In this document: positions 1 to 8,464 of the stretch, one piece after another
Layout of the letters: the number at the start of each line of letters is the position of its first letter
Position numbering within the stretch: position 1 is the first letter of the stretch
From: an uncultured Actinomycetota bacterium
GTDB lineage: Bacteria; Actinomycetota; Actinomycetes; S36-B12; UBA10799
Direction of reading: 5' to 3'
Length of the DNA stretch: 64,000 nt
Assembly: GCA_963733395.1 (NCBI GenBank)
Contig: CAVTCZ010000019.1
Coordinates: forward strand, 482,715-546,714
Notes under the pieces: generated by a model
The model's input: only the letters and a program-made list of their open reading frames with translations
Told to the model about the DNA's origin: nothing
Databases searched by the model: none
Position numbers and translations under genes: made by a program

Positions 1-1
1 G

Positions 2-163
2 CCGCTGAACCCGACTCTGTCGAGCAGGGGATACGAGCCGCGGATCGTGGAGTTCCAGTCGCGCCGGGAGTTCGAGGCGTTCAGTTCGTTCCCCGACTAC
101 CTCTCCGCCGGCCATCAGGTGGCGCTGGCGGTCGCCGCCCCAGTCCTCGGGCTCGGCGGCTGA
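2..163 (+). CDS. 3' end of an unidentified gene entering the window
   Basis: Frame 2 reads ...YEPRIVEFQSRREFEAFSSFPDYLSAGHQVALAVAAPVLGLGG*. It is GC3-rich. The stop TGA at 161-163 overlaps the ATG of the next ORF (TGATG). Confidence 0.3.
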   Translation, partial: PLNPTLSSRGYEPRIVEFQSRREFEAFSSFPDYLSAGHQVALAVAAPVLGLGG

Positions 164-390
164 TGCAGATCTCGGGACTGGAGTCGGCATTGACCACGTT
201 CAACGACCAGATGGCACTGCTGCCGCTGGGGCTGTCGCGGATCCTGGGGCTGACGGTGCACCTCGGGATCCCCGCGGAGATCCCGCTGTACCTGTTCATG
301 TCCGGTCTGCTCCTCGCCACAGTCGGATTGCTGCTGGGGGCAGCGCGGCGGACCCGACCTCAGGCGCGAACCCGGCCGGCCCACTTGTAG
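163..390 (+). CDS. small hydrophobic protein, unknown function
   Basis: 75-aa ORF, start-stop coupled (TGATG) to the upstream frame. Has a C-terminal hydrophobic helix followed by an RR-rich tail. No family recognised. Confidence 0.4.
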   Translation: MQISGLESALTTFNDQMALLPLGLSRILGLTVHLGIPAEIPLYLFMSGLLLATVGLLLGAARRTRPQARTRPAHL

Positions 391-1556
391 GCGCCCACCA
401 GCGCCACCGTCACCAGCACGCTGGCGACCCCGGGAAGTCACCAGTGCCGCCCGCGGGCCGAAGTCATCGGCCAGCACCCCGATGAGCGGCGCCCCCACGG
501 GTGTCGTCCCGAAGAACACCGCCATGTACAACGCCATCACCCGGCTGCGGTGCTCGCTGTCCGAGTGGGTCTGCAGGTAGGCGTTCGCGCTGGTCATCAT
601 GGTCAACGCCGCAGCCCCGCAGGCCACGAGTGCCGCGGCGAAGGTGGCCACGGTCGGCATCAGCCCGGCCAGGATGCCAGCCACTCCTGCGGCCCCTGCC
701 GAGATGGCGACGAGCCGAACATCGATGCTGGCGCGTCGGGCCTGGATCACCGCGGCAGCCAACGAACCCACGGCCATCAGCGAGGCGAGGACGCCGTAAC
801 TGCGGGCATCGGCGGCGAACTCGTCGGAGACCATCAGCGCGATCGTGATCGGGAAGTTGAAGACCAGCATCGCCACGGCGCCGGCGGTTGCGATGACGAA
901 CCACAGGTCGGGGCGGTGCCGCACGTAGCGCAGGCCATCGCGCAGTCCGCCCGGACGCGCGGTGCGCACCCGCGGCGCCAGCTGGATCCGGGACAGAGCC
1001 AGGAACATGACGGCGAACGTGGCCGCATTGACGAGGAACACCCACCCCGGGCCCCAGGCTGCGATCATCAGCCCCGCGATGGCCGGGCCCACCAGGCGGG
1101 CCGCGTTGAAGTTCGCGCTGTTGAGGGCCACGGCGTTCACGACGTCACCGGGGGGCACGAGGTCGGACACGATCGACTGCCGAGCAGGTCCGTCCAGTGC
1201 TGTGAACAGGCCGAGCACGACTGCCGCCGCGAGGACCAGTGCGCCGGTGGCATGACCGGTCAACGTGAGCACCCCCAGCGCGAGTGCCTGCAACCCCATG
1301 CCCACCTGCGTGATCTGCAGCAGGCGGCGCCGGTCGTAGCGGTCGGCGAGGACGCCGGCCCACGGGGCCAGGAAGAGCATGGGGGCGAACTGCGCCGCCA
1401 CGACCAGGCCCAGCATCCGGGCGTCGCCGGTGAGTTGTAGGACCAGCCATGACTGCGCGATGCGGTGCATCCACGTGCCGACATTGGACGCCAGGGCGCC
1501 CGCGGCGTACCGCCGGTAGTTGGCGATCCGCAGTGCGGAGAAGGTCCGCGCTAGTC
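360..1556 (-). pseudogene. MFS transporter (MFS_3/EntS-like), frameshifted near the 3' end as sequenced
   Basis: The 12-TM-type sequence FSALRIANYRRY...GTWMHRIAQSWLVL...ADRYDRRRLL lies inside ORF 115..2010. After ...DDFGPRAALV (~437) the hydrophobic end VASVLVTVALVGAYKWAGRVRA* continues in the +1 frame to a stop at 360-362. No canonical start codon is visible just upstream of FSALRI, so the 5' end is uncertain. Confidence 0.75.
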
Positions 1557-2003
1557 CAGAGCCAGCTGGTTGAGGATCGGGACCGCCCGGTCCAGGATCT
1601 GGCGCTGTTCCGGAGTCAGTCCGCTCAGCCGTTGCGAGAGCCAGTGATCCCGTCGCTGCCGGTCCTGGGTCACCAGTGTGCGCCCGGCCGCGGTCGTCTC
1701 GTAGAGCACCTGCCGTCCGTCGGTCGGATGTGGCGCGCGAGTCACCATGCCGGCTGTCTGCAGGCTGTTGAGGATCCTGGTCATGGAGGGCGGCTGCACC
1801 CGTTCGGCCGCCGCCAGTTCCCCGGGGGACAGCGATCCCTCCCGCATCAGGGTGGCGAGGACCGCCAGTTGGCTCGGGGTCAGGGCGTCGCTGACCCGTT
1901 CGGTCCGCAATCGGCGGGCGAGCCGCATGATCGCGATCCGCAGGTCCGGTGCGTCGGGTGTGGTCGACACGGTTCCCCCCGGTCTCGGCGGTTTGTTGTG
2001 CAA
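1551..2003 (-). CDS. MarR-family transcriptional regulator
   Basis: 150-aa ORF with a winged-helix MarR pattern (LRIAIMRLARRLRTE...LTPSQLAVLATL...SPGELAAAERVQPPSMTRIL). It abuts the MFS gene. TTG at 2003 or GTG at about 1970 could be the start. An AT-rich patch lies immediately upstream. Confidence 0.85.
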   Translation of the reverse strand: MHNKPPRPGGTVSTTPDAPDLRIAIMRLARRLRTERVSDALTPSQLAVLATLMREGSLSPGELAAAERVQPPSMTRILNSLQTAGMVTRAPHPTDGRQVLYETTAAGRTLVTQDRQRRDHWLSQRLSGLTPEQRQILDRAVPILNQLALD

Positions 2004-2222
2004 TAGTCATTACTCTTGCTAACTATATCCGAGCGGCGGCTATTCCCCGCCCGTCAGAACTGGGCCGATTCTGCGCCTGTTGCTGGCTGCAGAAGGGGCC
2101 AACCGCACATTTCACCCTCACGAGTGGGCGCACAAGGGCCGGAATCCCGGTTCCGTGCCCAGTTCTGATGGGCCTGCCCGCCCGAGCGTCGCCGGGCGCG
2201 GTCGATCGGCAAGAATGCTCAG

Positions 2223-3518
2223 GTGGGCTTGGTTGGCGAGGGACTCGCGGTCGCGGACGGATCCGGACCCGTCGACATGACGGTGCTGGCCCGCAGTGCT
2301 GTCCGGCAGTCACTCGCCCGGCTCGGCTCGACCCCGAACCTCGTGTTCGTCTTCGTCGCTTCGCAGAACCCCGAGGACGCCGAGCAGGCGCTGCTCGCCT
2401 CCCATGCCCACCTGCCATCGGCCACCGTTCTCGGGACCTCTGCGTCCGGGGTGATCGCCTCCGGCCGGGGCAGCGATGAGGGGACGGCCGTGGCCGTGTG
2501 GGCAGCCCGTATCCCCGGTCTGCGCGCTCGGTCCTTCCACCTCGAGGTCATGGCCGGGGCCGAAGCCCACCAGATCGTGGGCCTGCCGGGCCGCCGTCGC
2601 GACGACGTGATCGCTCTGCTGTTCACCGACCCCTGGTCCTTCCCGGCCACGGACTTCGCAGCCCACGCGGGCCAATTGCTGACCGACCTACCAGTTGTCG
2701 GCGCGGTGGCCTCCGGGCCGGCGCCGGCCCGTACGACCCGTTTCCTGCTCGACGGCCGTATCCACAAGCGCGGTGCCGTCGGGGTCATGATCGGTGGTCA
2801 CGTGGAAGTGACGACCTTGATCAGCCCCGCCTGCCGACCGGTCGGGCCGACCCTGACGGTCACGGACAGTGAGGGCTTCCTGCTGAAGTCGCTGGCCGGC
2901 ACGCCGGCCGCTTTGCGCGCCCAGGAGGTGGTGGCCGCACTCGAGGAGCCCGAACGCAGCCTCGCGTTGTCGGGCATGCAGTTGGGAGTGGCCGTCGGAT
3001 CCGAGGATCCGCGGATGGGCGACTTCGTCATCCACGAGTTCCAGGCCGCCGAGGGCGAGCGGGGGGCGCTGCAGATGGTGGCGCCGGTGCCGGTCGGTGC
3101 CACCGTGCAGTTCCACGTCCGTGACGAGGATGCCGCCGACGAGGACCTCAATGTCATGCTCGAGGGGGTGGCCGCCCGGATGGGCTCGCGGCTGGCGGGT
3201 GCCCTCATGTTCGCCTCCACCACGCGCGGCCGGTTCATGTTCGGCAGCCGCGACCACGATGCGGCGGTCGCCAGTGCGCGATTGGCCGTGCCCGTCACCG
3301 GCTTCTTCGCCGAAGCCGAACTCGCGCCGCTGGGTGACGAGGTGTGCCTGAACTACCAGACGGCAGCGGTTGTGGCCTTCGGCGCCGGGCCGAGGGCGCA
3401 TGTCGGCCACCACCGAGCCTCGCGGCCACAGCAGGTGGCCGGCGCCGATCCGTTGACTCGGGAAGTGCACAAGATGCTGGCCGAACTGGCCGAGCCGCCC
3501 GAAGAGGGTTTCCAGTGA
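2223..3518 (+). CDS. FIST-domain protein (FIST_N + FIST_C), no output domain
   Basis: 431-aa ORF. The C-terminal block ...PVTGFFAEAELAPLG...NYTAAVVAF is typical of FIST_C. The stop overlaps the ilvA start (GTGA at 3515-3518). Confidence 0.7.
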   Translation: MGLVGEGLAVADGSGPVDMTVLARSAVRQSLARLGSTPNLVFVFVASQNPEDAEQALLASHAHLPSATVLGTSASGVIASGRGSDEGTAVAVWAARIPGLRARSFHLEVMAGAEAHQIVGLPGRRRDDVIALLFTDPWSFPATDFAAHAGQLLTDLPVVGAVASGPAPARTTRFLLDGRIHKRGAVGVMIGGHVEVTTLISPACRPVGPTLTVTDSEGFLLKSLAGTPAALRAQEVVAALEEPERSLALSGMQLGVAVGSEDPRMGDFVIHEFQAAEGERGALQMVAPVPVGATVQFHVRDEDAADEDLNVMLEGVAARMGSRLAGALMFASTTRGRFMFGSRDHDAAVASARLAVPVTGFFAEAELAPLGDEVCLNYQTAAVVAFGAGPRAHVGHHRASRPQQVAGADPLTREVHKMLAELAEPPEEGFQ

Positions 3519-4717
3519 TCGACGCGCAGGCGTTGGCCCGGGCACAGGAGCTCCTGTCCGGGATCGTGTTCCACACTCCTGCCGTTCCCGCCCGATGGCT
3601 CAGCGAACTGGTGGGCGGCCCAGTGTTCCTCAAGTGCGAGAACCTGCAGCGCACCGGTTCGTTCAAGGTCCGGGGCGCCTACAACCGCATCGCCCGACTG
3701 TCGGTCGAAGAGCGCGCGCAGGGCGTTGTGGCGGCCAGCGCCGGCAACCACGCCCAGGGTGTGGCTCTGGCAGCAGCGCTGCTGGATGTGCAGTCCACCG
3801 TCTTCATGCCCGAGAGCGCGTCACTGCCCAAGATCGAGGCCACGTTGGCCTACGGGGCGCATGTGGAATTCAGCGGCACGACCATCGACGAGGCACTGGT
3901 CGCCGCCACCGAGTTCAGTGCCCGGACAGGTGCGGTGCTGATCCACCCCTTCGACCATCCCGACGTGGTCGCGGGACAGGCGACCGTGGGGCTGGAGATC
4001 GCCGAGCAGCACCCGGAGGTGCGCACCGTGGCAGTGTGCGCCGGGGGTGGCGGTCTGCTCGCCGGGATCTGCCTGGGGTTGGCAGGCGGCGCGCCGGACG
4101 CGCGAGTCGTGGGCGTGCAGGCTGCGGAGGCCGCGTCGTTCCCGCCCTCACTCGAGGCCGGTCGTCCCCTGCCCCTGCTGCAGATGAACACGATGGCCGA
4201 CGGCATCGCGGTGGCCAAGCCGGGGGAGCTGCCGTTCGAGATCATCGTCGATGCCGGCGTGGACTTCCTGACCGTCGACGACGAGCAGATCGCCCGGGCC
4301 GTGGTGATGTGCCTGGAGCGCAGCAAGCTGGTGGTCGAGCCGGCGGGAGCCGCAGCGGCGGCCGCGGTACTGGCCTACCCGGAGGCCTTCGAGCCGCCAG
4401 TGGTCATCACCCTCTCCGGTGGCAACGTGGATCCGTTGTTGCTGCTGCGGATCGTGCAACGTGGGCTGGTGGCCGCCGGTCGATATGTGGTGATCTCGGC
4501 CCGCATCCCGGATACCCCCGGGCACCTCGAGCGGTTGCTCGCGGAGATCGCGGCGAGGAAAGCCAATGTCGCCACCGTGTTCCACAACCGCACCGACCCC
4601 AGACTCCGGGTGGACGAATGTGCGGTCGTGGTCGAGGTGGAGGTGCGGGGGCCGGAGCATGCCGCCGAACTGGTGGCGGCGCTACGTGCCAAGGGCCTGG
4701 CCATCACGGTCGGCTAG
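3515..4717 (+). CDS. ilvA: threonine ammonia-lyase (threonine dehydratase), short form with one ACT-like domain
   Basis: PLP-lysine motif NLQRTGSFKVRGAYN, then AASAGNHAQGVA and GGGGL. GTG 3515 is in frame with ORF 3344..4717. Confidence 0.9.
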   Translation: MIDAQALARAQELLSGIVFHTPAVPARWLSELVGGPVFLKCENLQRTGSFKVRGAYNRIARLSVEERAQGVVAASAGNHAQGVALAAALLDVQSTVFMPESASLPKIEATLAYGAHVEFSGTTIDEALVAATEFSARTGAVLIHPFDHPDVVAGQATVGLEIAEQHPEVRTVAVCAGGGGLLAGICLGLAGGAPDARVVGVQAAEAASFPPSLEAGRPLPLLQMNTMADGIAVAKPGELPFEIIVDAGVDFLTVDDEQIARAVVMCLERSKLVVEPAGAAAAAAVLAYPEAFEPPVVITLSGGNVDPLLLLRIVQRGLVAAGRYVVISARIPDTPGHLERLLAEIAARKANVATVFHNRTDPRLRVDECAVVVEVEVRGPEHAAELVAALRAKGLAITVG

Positions 4718-4746
4718 TAAGTACCCCCAGGGGGTATAGTGAGGCC

Positions 4747-5124
4747 ATGCGCAGAATCTTCCTTGCAGTTCTGGCACTCGTGGTTCTCACTGCCTGCTCC
4801 TCGGGTACCGCCACCACCGTCTCGCCGACACAGTTCGACGAGCTGACCAAGCAGGCGGGGGTGGTCACCTTGGACGTGCGCACGCCCGCGGAGTACGCAT
4901 CCGGCCACCTGCCGAACGCGGTGAACCTCGACGTGGAGTCCCCGTCGTTCGCGCAGGGCCTGTCCCAGTTGGACCCCGAGGCGACCTACGCCGTCTACTG
5001 CCGCAGCGGCAACCGATCGAAGGTCGCGCTGCAGCAGATGTCCGACGCCGGCTTCGGCTCGGCGCAGGACCTCGACGGCGGCATCGTCGCCTGGCAGGCG
5101 CAGGGCCTGCCGGTAGTGCAGTAA
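4747..5124 (+). CDS. rhodanese-domain lipoprotein (sulfurtransferase-like)
   Basis: Lipobox LVVLTAC. Rhodanese pattern DVRTPAEYASGHLPNAVNLD...YCRSGNRS (active-site Cys loop). Confidence 0.85.
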   Translation: MRRIFLAVLALVVLTACSSGTATTVSPTQFDELTKQAGVVTLDVRTPAEYASGHLPNAVNLDVESPSFAQGLSQLDPEATYAVYCRSGNRSKVALQQMSDAGFGSAQDLDGGIVAWQAQGLPVVQ

Positions 5125-5360
5125 CTCCGGGCTGGGACAGCGGCCGGGGGCCACGTCATGGCTGCCCGGAGGTGACCGCCTCAGGGGGTGCAGCGACCCC
5201 GCTCTGGGAGCCTGCGCACCATGGCGTTCCGAGCGACACGTGGCTGGCGGGATGACGTGTTGCGCCCATGACCGGGGGTCGTGGCGGCGATATGGGGACC
5301 TTCGGACTTCGGCGCCAGTCGGGATGGCGTGTGGTCAGAGGGAAATCAGCCGTGGTGCGG

Positions 5361-5447
5361 CCGTTGGTTAGACGTTGTCCTGTTGGTGAGCAAAGGCACG
5401 CGTACGTTCGCTCACCAACGGCACAACATCTCACCGAGTGCGCCTGG
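5361..5447. repeat. palindromic intergenic element, family A, copy 1
   Basis: Arms gttgtcctgttggtgagc (5374-5391) and gctcaccaacggcacaac (5410-5427). About 80% identical over roughly 86 nt to 40753-40838. Both copies end in agtgcgcctg. Confidence 0.8.
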
Positions 5448-5857
5448 GCCGTCAGGCGGGCGGATCCGAGCGAGCTGGTGCGACCAAACGCAGCCCGGGC
5501 CAGTTTGGTGCCTCGGATGTGAGCGGGGAGGCTGATCTTGGCGGTGTGCGGTGGGGGTGTCGGTGCGGGGTCTGGTCAGTTGCCGGTGGCCGGTCCCGGC
5601 TGCTGCGACCCCGGCCGGCTCGGGGACAACTCCTCGGTGGGTACCCGGGGGTCGGACCGGACGGGTTCGTTGAGGCTCGTGCAGTTGGATGAGGTTCAGC
5701 GGCTCGGCGAACGTCAACCAACTGCACGAACAGTCACCAACGGCGGCAGCCCACGCCCCGCCGGCCCGGAGTCGGGATGCTGCCAGCGACCGGCGGCACC
5801 GAGGCGGCAATCCACCGAGTCGCCGCGGGTCGCATCTGGGGGTCCCGCCGCCCGCAA

Positions 5858-5977
5858 CGACTGTTGCGCGGTTGCTGGTGCCGTCCCACGACTGTTGCGC
5901 GGTTGCTGGTTTTGGGGGTGCAGAACCGACAACCGTGCAACAGTCGTGGTCCGCGGACCGCAACCGCGCAACACTCG
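5858..5977. repeat. nested double-hairpin element, family C, copy 1
   Basis: Perfect 22-nt direct repeat cgactgttgcgcggttgctggt at 5858-5879 and 5889-5910. It is followed by the inverted units cgacaaccgtgcaacagtcg (5927-5946) and accgcaaccgcgcaacactcg (5957-5977). Confidence 0.85.
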
Positions 5978-6128
5978 CGGTGATCGGCCGCCGAGCTCGC
6001 CCTGCGCCACCTGACTCCCCGCTGAAATCCGAAGCACCGCCAATTCCCGCAGGAATCCGAAGGCCCGGATTCCCACCGGAACTAGGGATCGCGCGTCCAG
6101 GCGGGTCGCTGGTGGCGCGGGCCCCGCG

Positions 6129-6611
6129 CTAGTCGTGGACCTCGACGACCGTGACCGACATGGTCCGGCCGTTGGGCAACTCGTAGGAGGCCTCCGCGCC
6201 CGCGTGCAGCCCGAGCAGGGCCTTGCCCAAGGGCGAATCCGGCGAGCAGATCTCGAGTTCGGTGTGGGCCTTCTCCTCGCGGGAGGCCACGAACATCGTT
6301 TCCCGGTCGCCACCCGGGAACTCGATGGTCACCGTGGAGCCGTGACTGACCGCACCCTCGGCGGTGTCGTCGGGCCGGCCCACCTGCGCGTGCTCGAGCA
6401 GGTGCTTGAGTTCGCGGATGCGTTGTTCGTTGCGGCCCTGGTCCTCCTTGGCCGCGTGGTAGCCCCCGTTCTCCTTCAGGTCTCCCTCTTCGCGCGCCAG
6501 GCCGATGGCCTTGCTGATCTTTGCGCGCCTGACCTCGGTGCGCTCGGTGAGTTCCTCGGTCAGCCGATCGTAGGCCTCCTGGGTCAGCCAGTGGACCTTC
6601 TGCTCGCTCAC
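6129..6611 (-). CDS. greA: transcription elongation factor GreA
   Basis: 160-aa C-terminal part of ORF 6129..7154: VSEQKVHWLTQEAYDRLTEEL...KENGGYHAAKEDQG...SPLGKALLG. GTG start (+/-1 nt). Confidence 0.92.
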   Translation of the reverse strand: MSEQKVHWLTQEAYDRLTEELTERTEVRRAKISKAIGLAREEGDLKENGGYHAAKEDQGRNEQRIRELKHLLEHAQVGRPDDTAEGAVSHGSTVTIEFPGGDRETMFVASREEKAHTELEICSPDSPLGKALLGLHAGAEASYELPNGRTMSVTVVEVHD

Positions 6612-6768
6612 GTCACGTTCTCCCTCATCGATAGCTGCGGCCCGCCGCCGACTGCGGCTGGGGGCCGATCCCGGCCATTGTGCCCGGTTGCGCCGATCAT
6701 ACGCATCTGAGTTCGTCTTTCGGGGCGGGATCGGGTGAGCGGATGCAGCAGATGCGTATCGTGGTCGG

Positions 6769-7599
6769 GTGGACAACGGACTGCGGTTGATGCACGTGCA
6801 CGCGCACCCCGACGACGAGGCGAGCAAGGGCGCGGCCAGCACGGCGAAGTATGTCGCCGAGGGTGTCCGGGTGAAGGTGGTGACGTGCACCGGCGGTGAG
6901 CGCGGTGATGTGCTCAACCCCGGCTTGACGGTCGCCCCGGAACGGCTGGCGCAGTTGCGGCGCGAGGAGATGGCCAAGGCCGCCGAGATCCTGGGCGTCG
7001 AGCACGCGTGGTTGGGTTTCCTCGACTCGGGTTTCCCGGAGGGTGACCCGCCGCCGCCGCTGCCGCCGGGCTCTTTCGCCGCGCTGGACCTCGAAGAGGT
7101 CACCGGCCCGCTCGTGGAGCAGATCATCGCGTTCCAACCGCACGTTGTGACCACCTACGACGAGAACGGCGGCTACCCGCATCCGGACCACATCCGGTGC
7201 CACGAGGTCACCATGGCGGCGGTGGCCCAGGCCGCGCCGCTGTGGCAGGTGAGCAAGGTCTACTACCACATGACCTTCCACAAGCAGAAGGTCCTGGCAC
7301 TGCACGAGGCGGCTGTCGCCCACGGTTACGAGTCGCCATATGCGCAGTGGATCGAGGACATCCTGGCCCGTCCCGATGACGGCTACCGGATCACCACCAA
7401 GGTCCAGTGCGCGGAGTACTTCGACGTGCGGGACGCGGCGCTGAAGGCGCATGCCACGCAGATCGACCCGTCCGGTCACTGGTTCGCCCTGCCGGCTGAG
7501 GTGGCACGCGAGGTCTGGCCCACCGAGGACTTCGAACTGGCGGTCAGCGTCCTGCCGTACACCGGTCCGGAGGACGATCTGTTCGCCGGTCTGCGCTGA
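6769..7599 (+). CDS. mca: mycothiol S-conjugate amidase (LmbE/MshB-Mca family)
   Basis: LMHVHAHPDDE...VTCTGGERG...HPDH motifs. Its position next to greA matches Rv1082 next to Rv1080c. Confidence 0.85.
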   Translation: MDNGLRLMHVHAHPDDEASKGAASTAKYVAEGVRVKVVTCTGGERGDVLNPGLTVAPERLAQLRREEMAKAAEILGVEHAWLGFLDSGFPEGDPPPPLPPGSFAALDLEEVTGPLVEQIIAFQPHVVTTYDENGGYPHPDHIRCHEVTMAAVAQAAPLWQVSKVYYHMTFHKQKVLALHEAAVAHGYESPYAQWIEDILARPDDGYRITTKVQCAEYFDVRDAALKAHATQIDPSGHWFALPAEVAREVWPTEDFELAVSVLPYTGPEDDLFAGLR

Positions 7600-7655
7600 C
7601 CCCGTGACCTCTGGGCCCGGTCGGATGGAACCGGGCGTAAACTCGAGGAGTGCTT

Positions 7656-7847
7656 ATGATCCCGGCAGTCGAAGGCGAGTTGCCCGACCCTGACACCGTG
7701 GGTCCCGGCATGGGTGCGCTGGTCGTCTTCATCTTCTTGCTGGTGGCGGGCATCTTCCTGATCCGCTCGATGCGCAAGCAGCTCAAGCGGGTGGATTTCC
7801 CGGAGGACCCGAAGGCGGGCGACACGGATCGGCAAGCAGCCCCCTGA
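7656..7847 (+). CDS. small single-pass membrane protein
   Basis: ATG 7656 lies 8 nt after GAGGAG. One TM (GALVVFIFLLVAGIFLI) followed by a basic stretch. The stop overlaps the next start (TGATG). Confidence 0.55.
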   Translation: MIPAVEGELPDPDTVGPGMGALVVFIFLLVAGIFLIRSMRKQLKRVDFPEDPKAGDTDRQAAP

Positions 7848-8098
7848 TGGTGCGGTACATCCTTGCGCCCCGCTGGATCCCGTGGCACGTGTTGTGCCTG
7901 GTGATCTCGGTGGTCTTCCTGCGGCTCGGCTGGTGGCAGTGGGATGTCGCCCATACGCAGTCGGCACTCGACCTGCAGAACGCCGCCTACGCGGTGCAGT
8001 GGGTTGTCTTCGTCGGGTTCGTCTGGTGGTTCTGGTACAAGGTCATGCACGACCAGCGCACGATCGAGGCCCAGCGCGATGAGGAAATGGTGGATTGA
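7847..8098 (+). CDS. two-TM membrane protein with SURF1-like termini
   Basis: 83 aa. N-terminus LAPRWIPWHVLCLVISVVFLRLGWWQW and C-terminus AAYAVQWVVFVGFVWWF. Start-stop overlaps on both sides (TGATG, ATGA). Confidence 0.6.
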   Translation: MVRYILAPRWIPWHVLCLVISVVFLRLGWWQWDVAHTQSALDLQNAAYAVQWVVFVGFVWWFWYKVMHDQRTIEAQRDEEMVD

Positions 8099-8454
8099 TG
8101 TCCGGCTCCCTGCTGCGGTATCGGATCATGGCCTACGTCGTAGGTGTGCTGCTGTTGCTGCTGGTCTTCGTGCACATCCCGCTGCGGGTCATCTGGGACA
8201 TCCACACTCCGGTGGCCGTCCTGCACGGCTGGATGTTCATGATCTACCTGGTCACGGTGCTCGACCTGTCGCTGCGCTGCAAGTGGAACGTCTTCCCCCG
8301 GACGCTGCTGGTGATGCTGGCCGGAACCATCCCGTTCTTCTCCTTCTATGCCGAGCACAAGGCCACTGGCTGGGCGCGCGACTACATGGCAGCCCACCCG
8401 CAGAAGGCGGACCGGCCGGTGTCCGGCGCCGAATCGGCACCGGCGGACAACTAG
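8095..8454 (+). CDS. DUF3817-type integral membrane protein
   Basis: 119 aa. Pattern LRYRIMAYVVGVLLL...LHGWMFMIYLV...LAGTIPF matches the DUF3817 (YdzA-like) layout. Confidence 0.65.
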   Translation: MMSGSLLRYRIMAYVVGVLLLLLVFVHIPLRVIWDIHTPVAVLHGWMFMIYLVTVLDLSLRCKWNVFPRTLLVMLAGTIPFFSFYAEHKATGWARDYMAAHPQKADRPVSGAESAPADN

Positions 8455-8464
8455 CATCGCAGGC

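Noticed and set aside
300-390. Sortase sorting signal at the end of the 75-aa ORF (hydrophobic stretch plus an RR tail)
   Set aside because: No LPXTG- or LAXTG-like motif precedes the hydrophobic segment.
115-2010. 631-aa ORF spanning the MFS and marR regions
   Set aside because: It is an artificial fusion. The upstream 150 residues are the out-of-frame shadow of marR, and the last ~100 residues are the post-frameshift tail.
3595-5124. 509-aa plus-strand ORF
   Set aside because: Only its last 125 aa (the rhodanese lipoprotein from ATG 4747) are coding. The rest is the +1 shadow of ilvA.
6769-7599. Duplicate LmbE-family genes (6769 and 42990) as a sign of a recent duplication
   Set aside because: They are the expected divergent paralogs mca and mshB of mycothiol metabolism. 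Each sits in its conserved backbone position.
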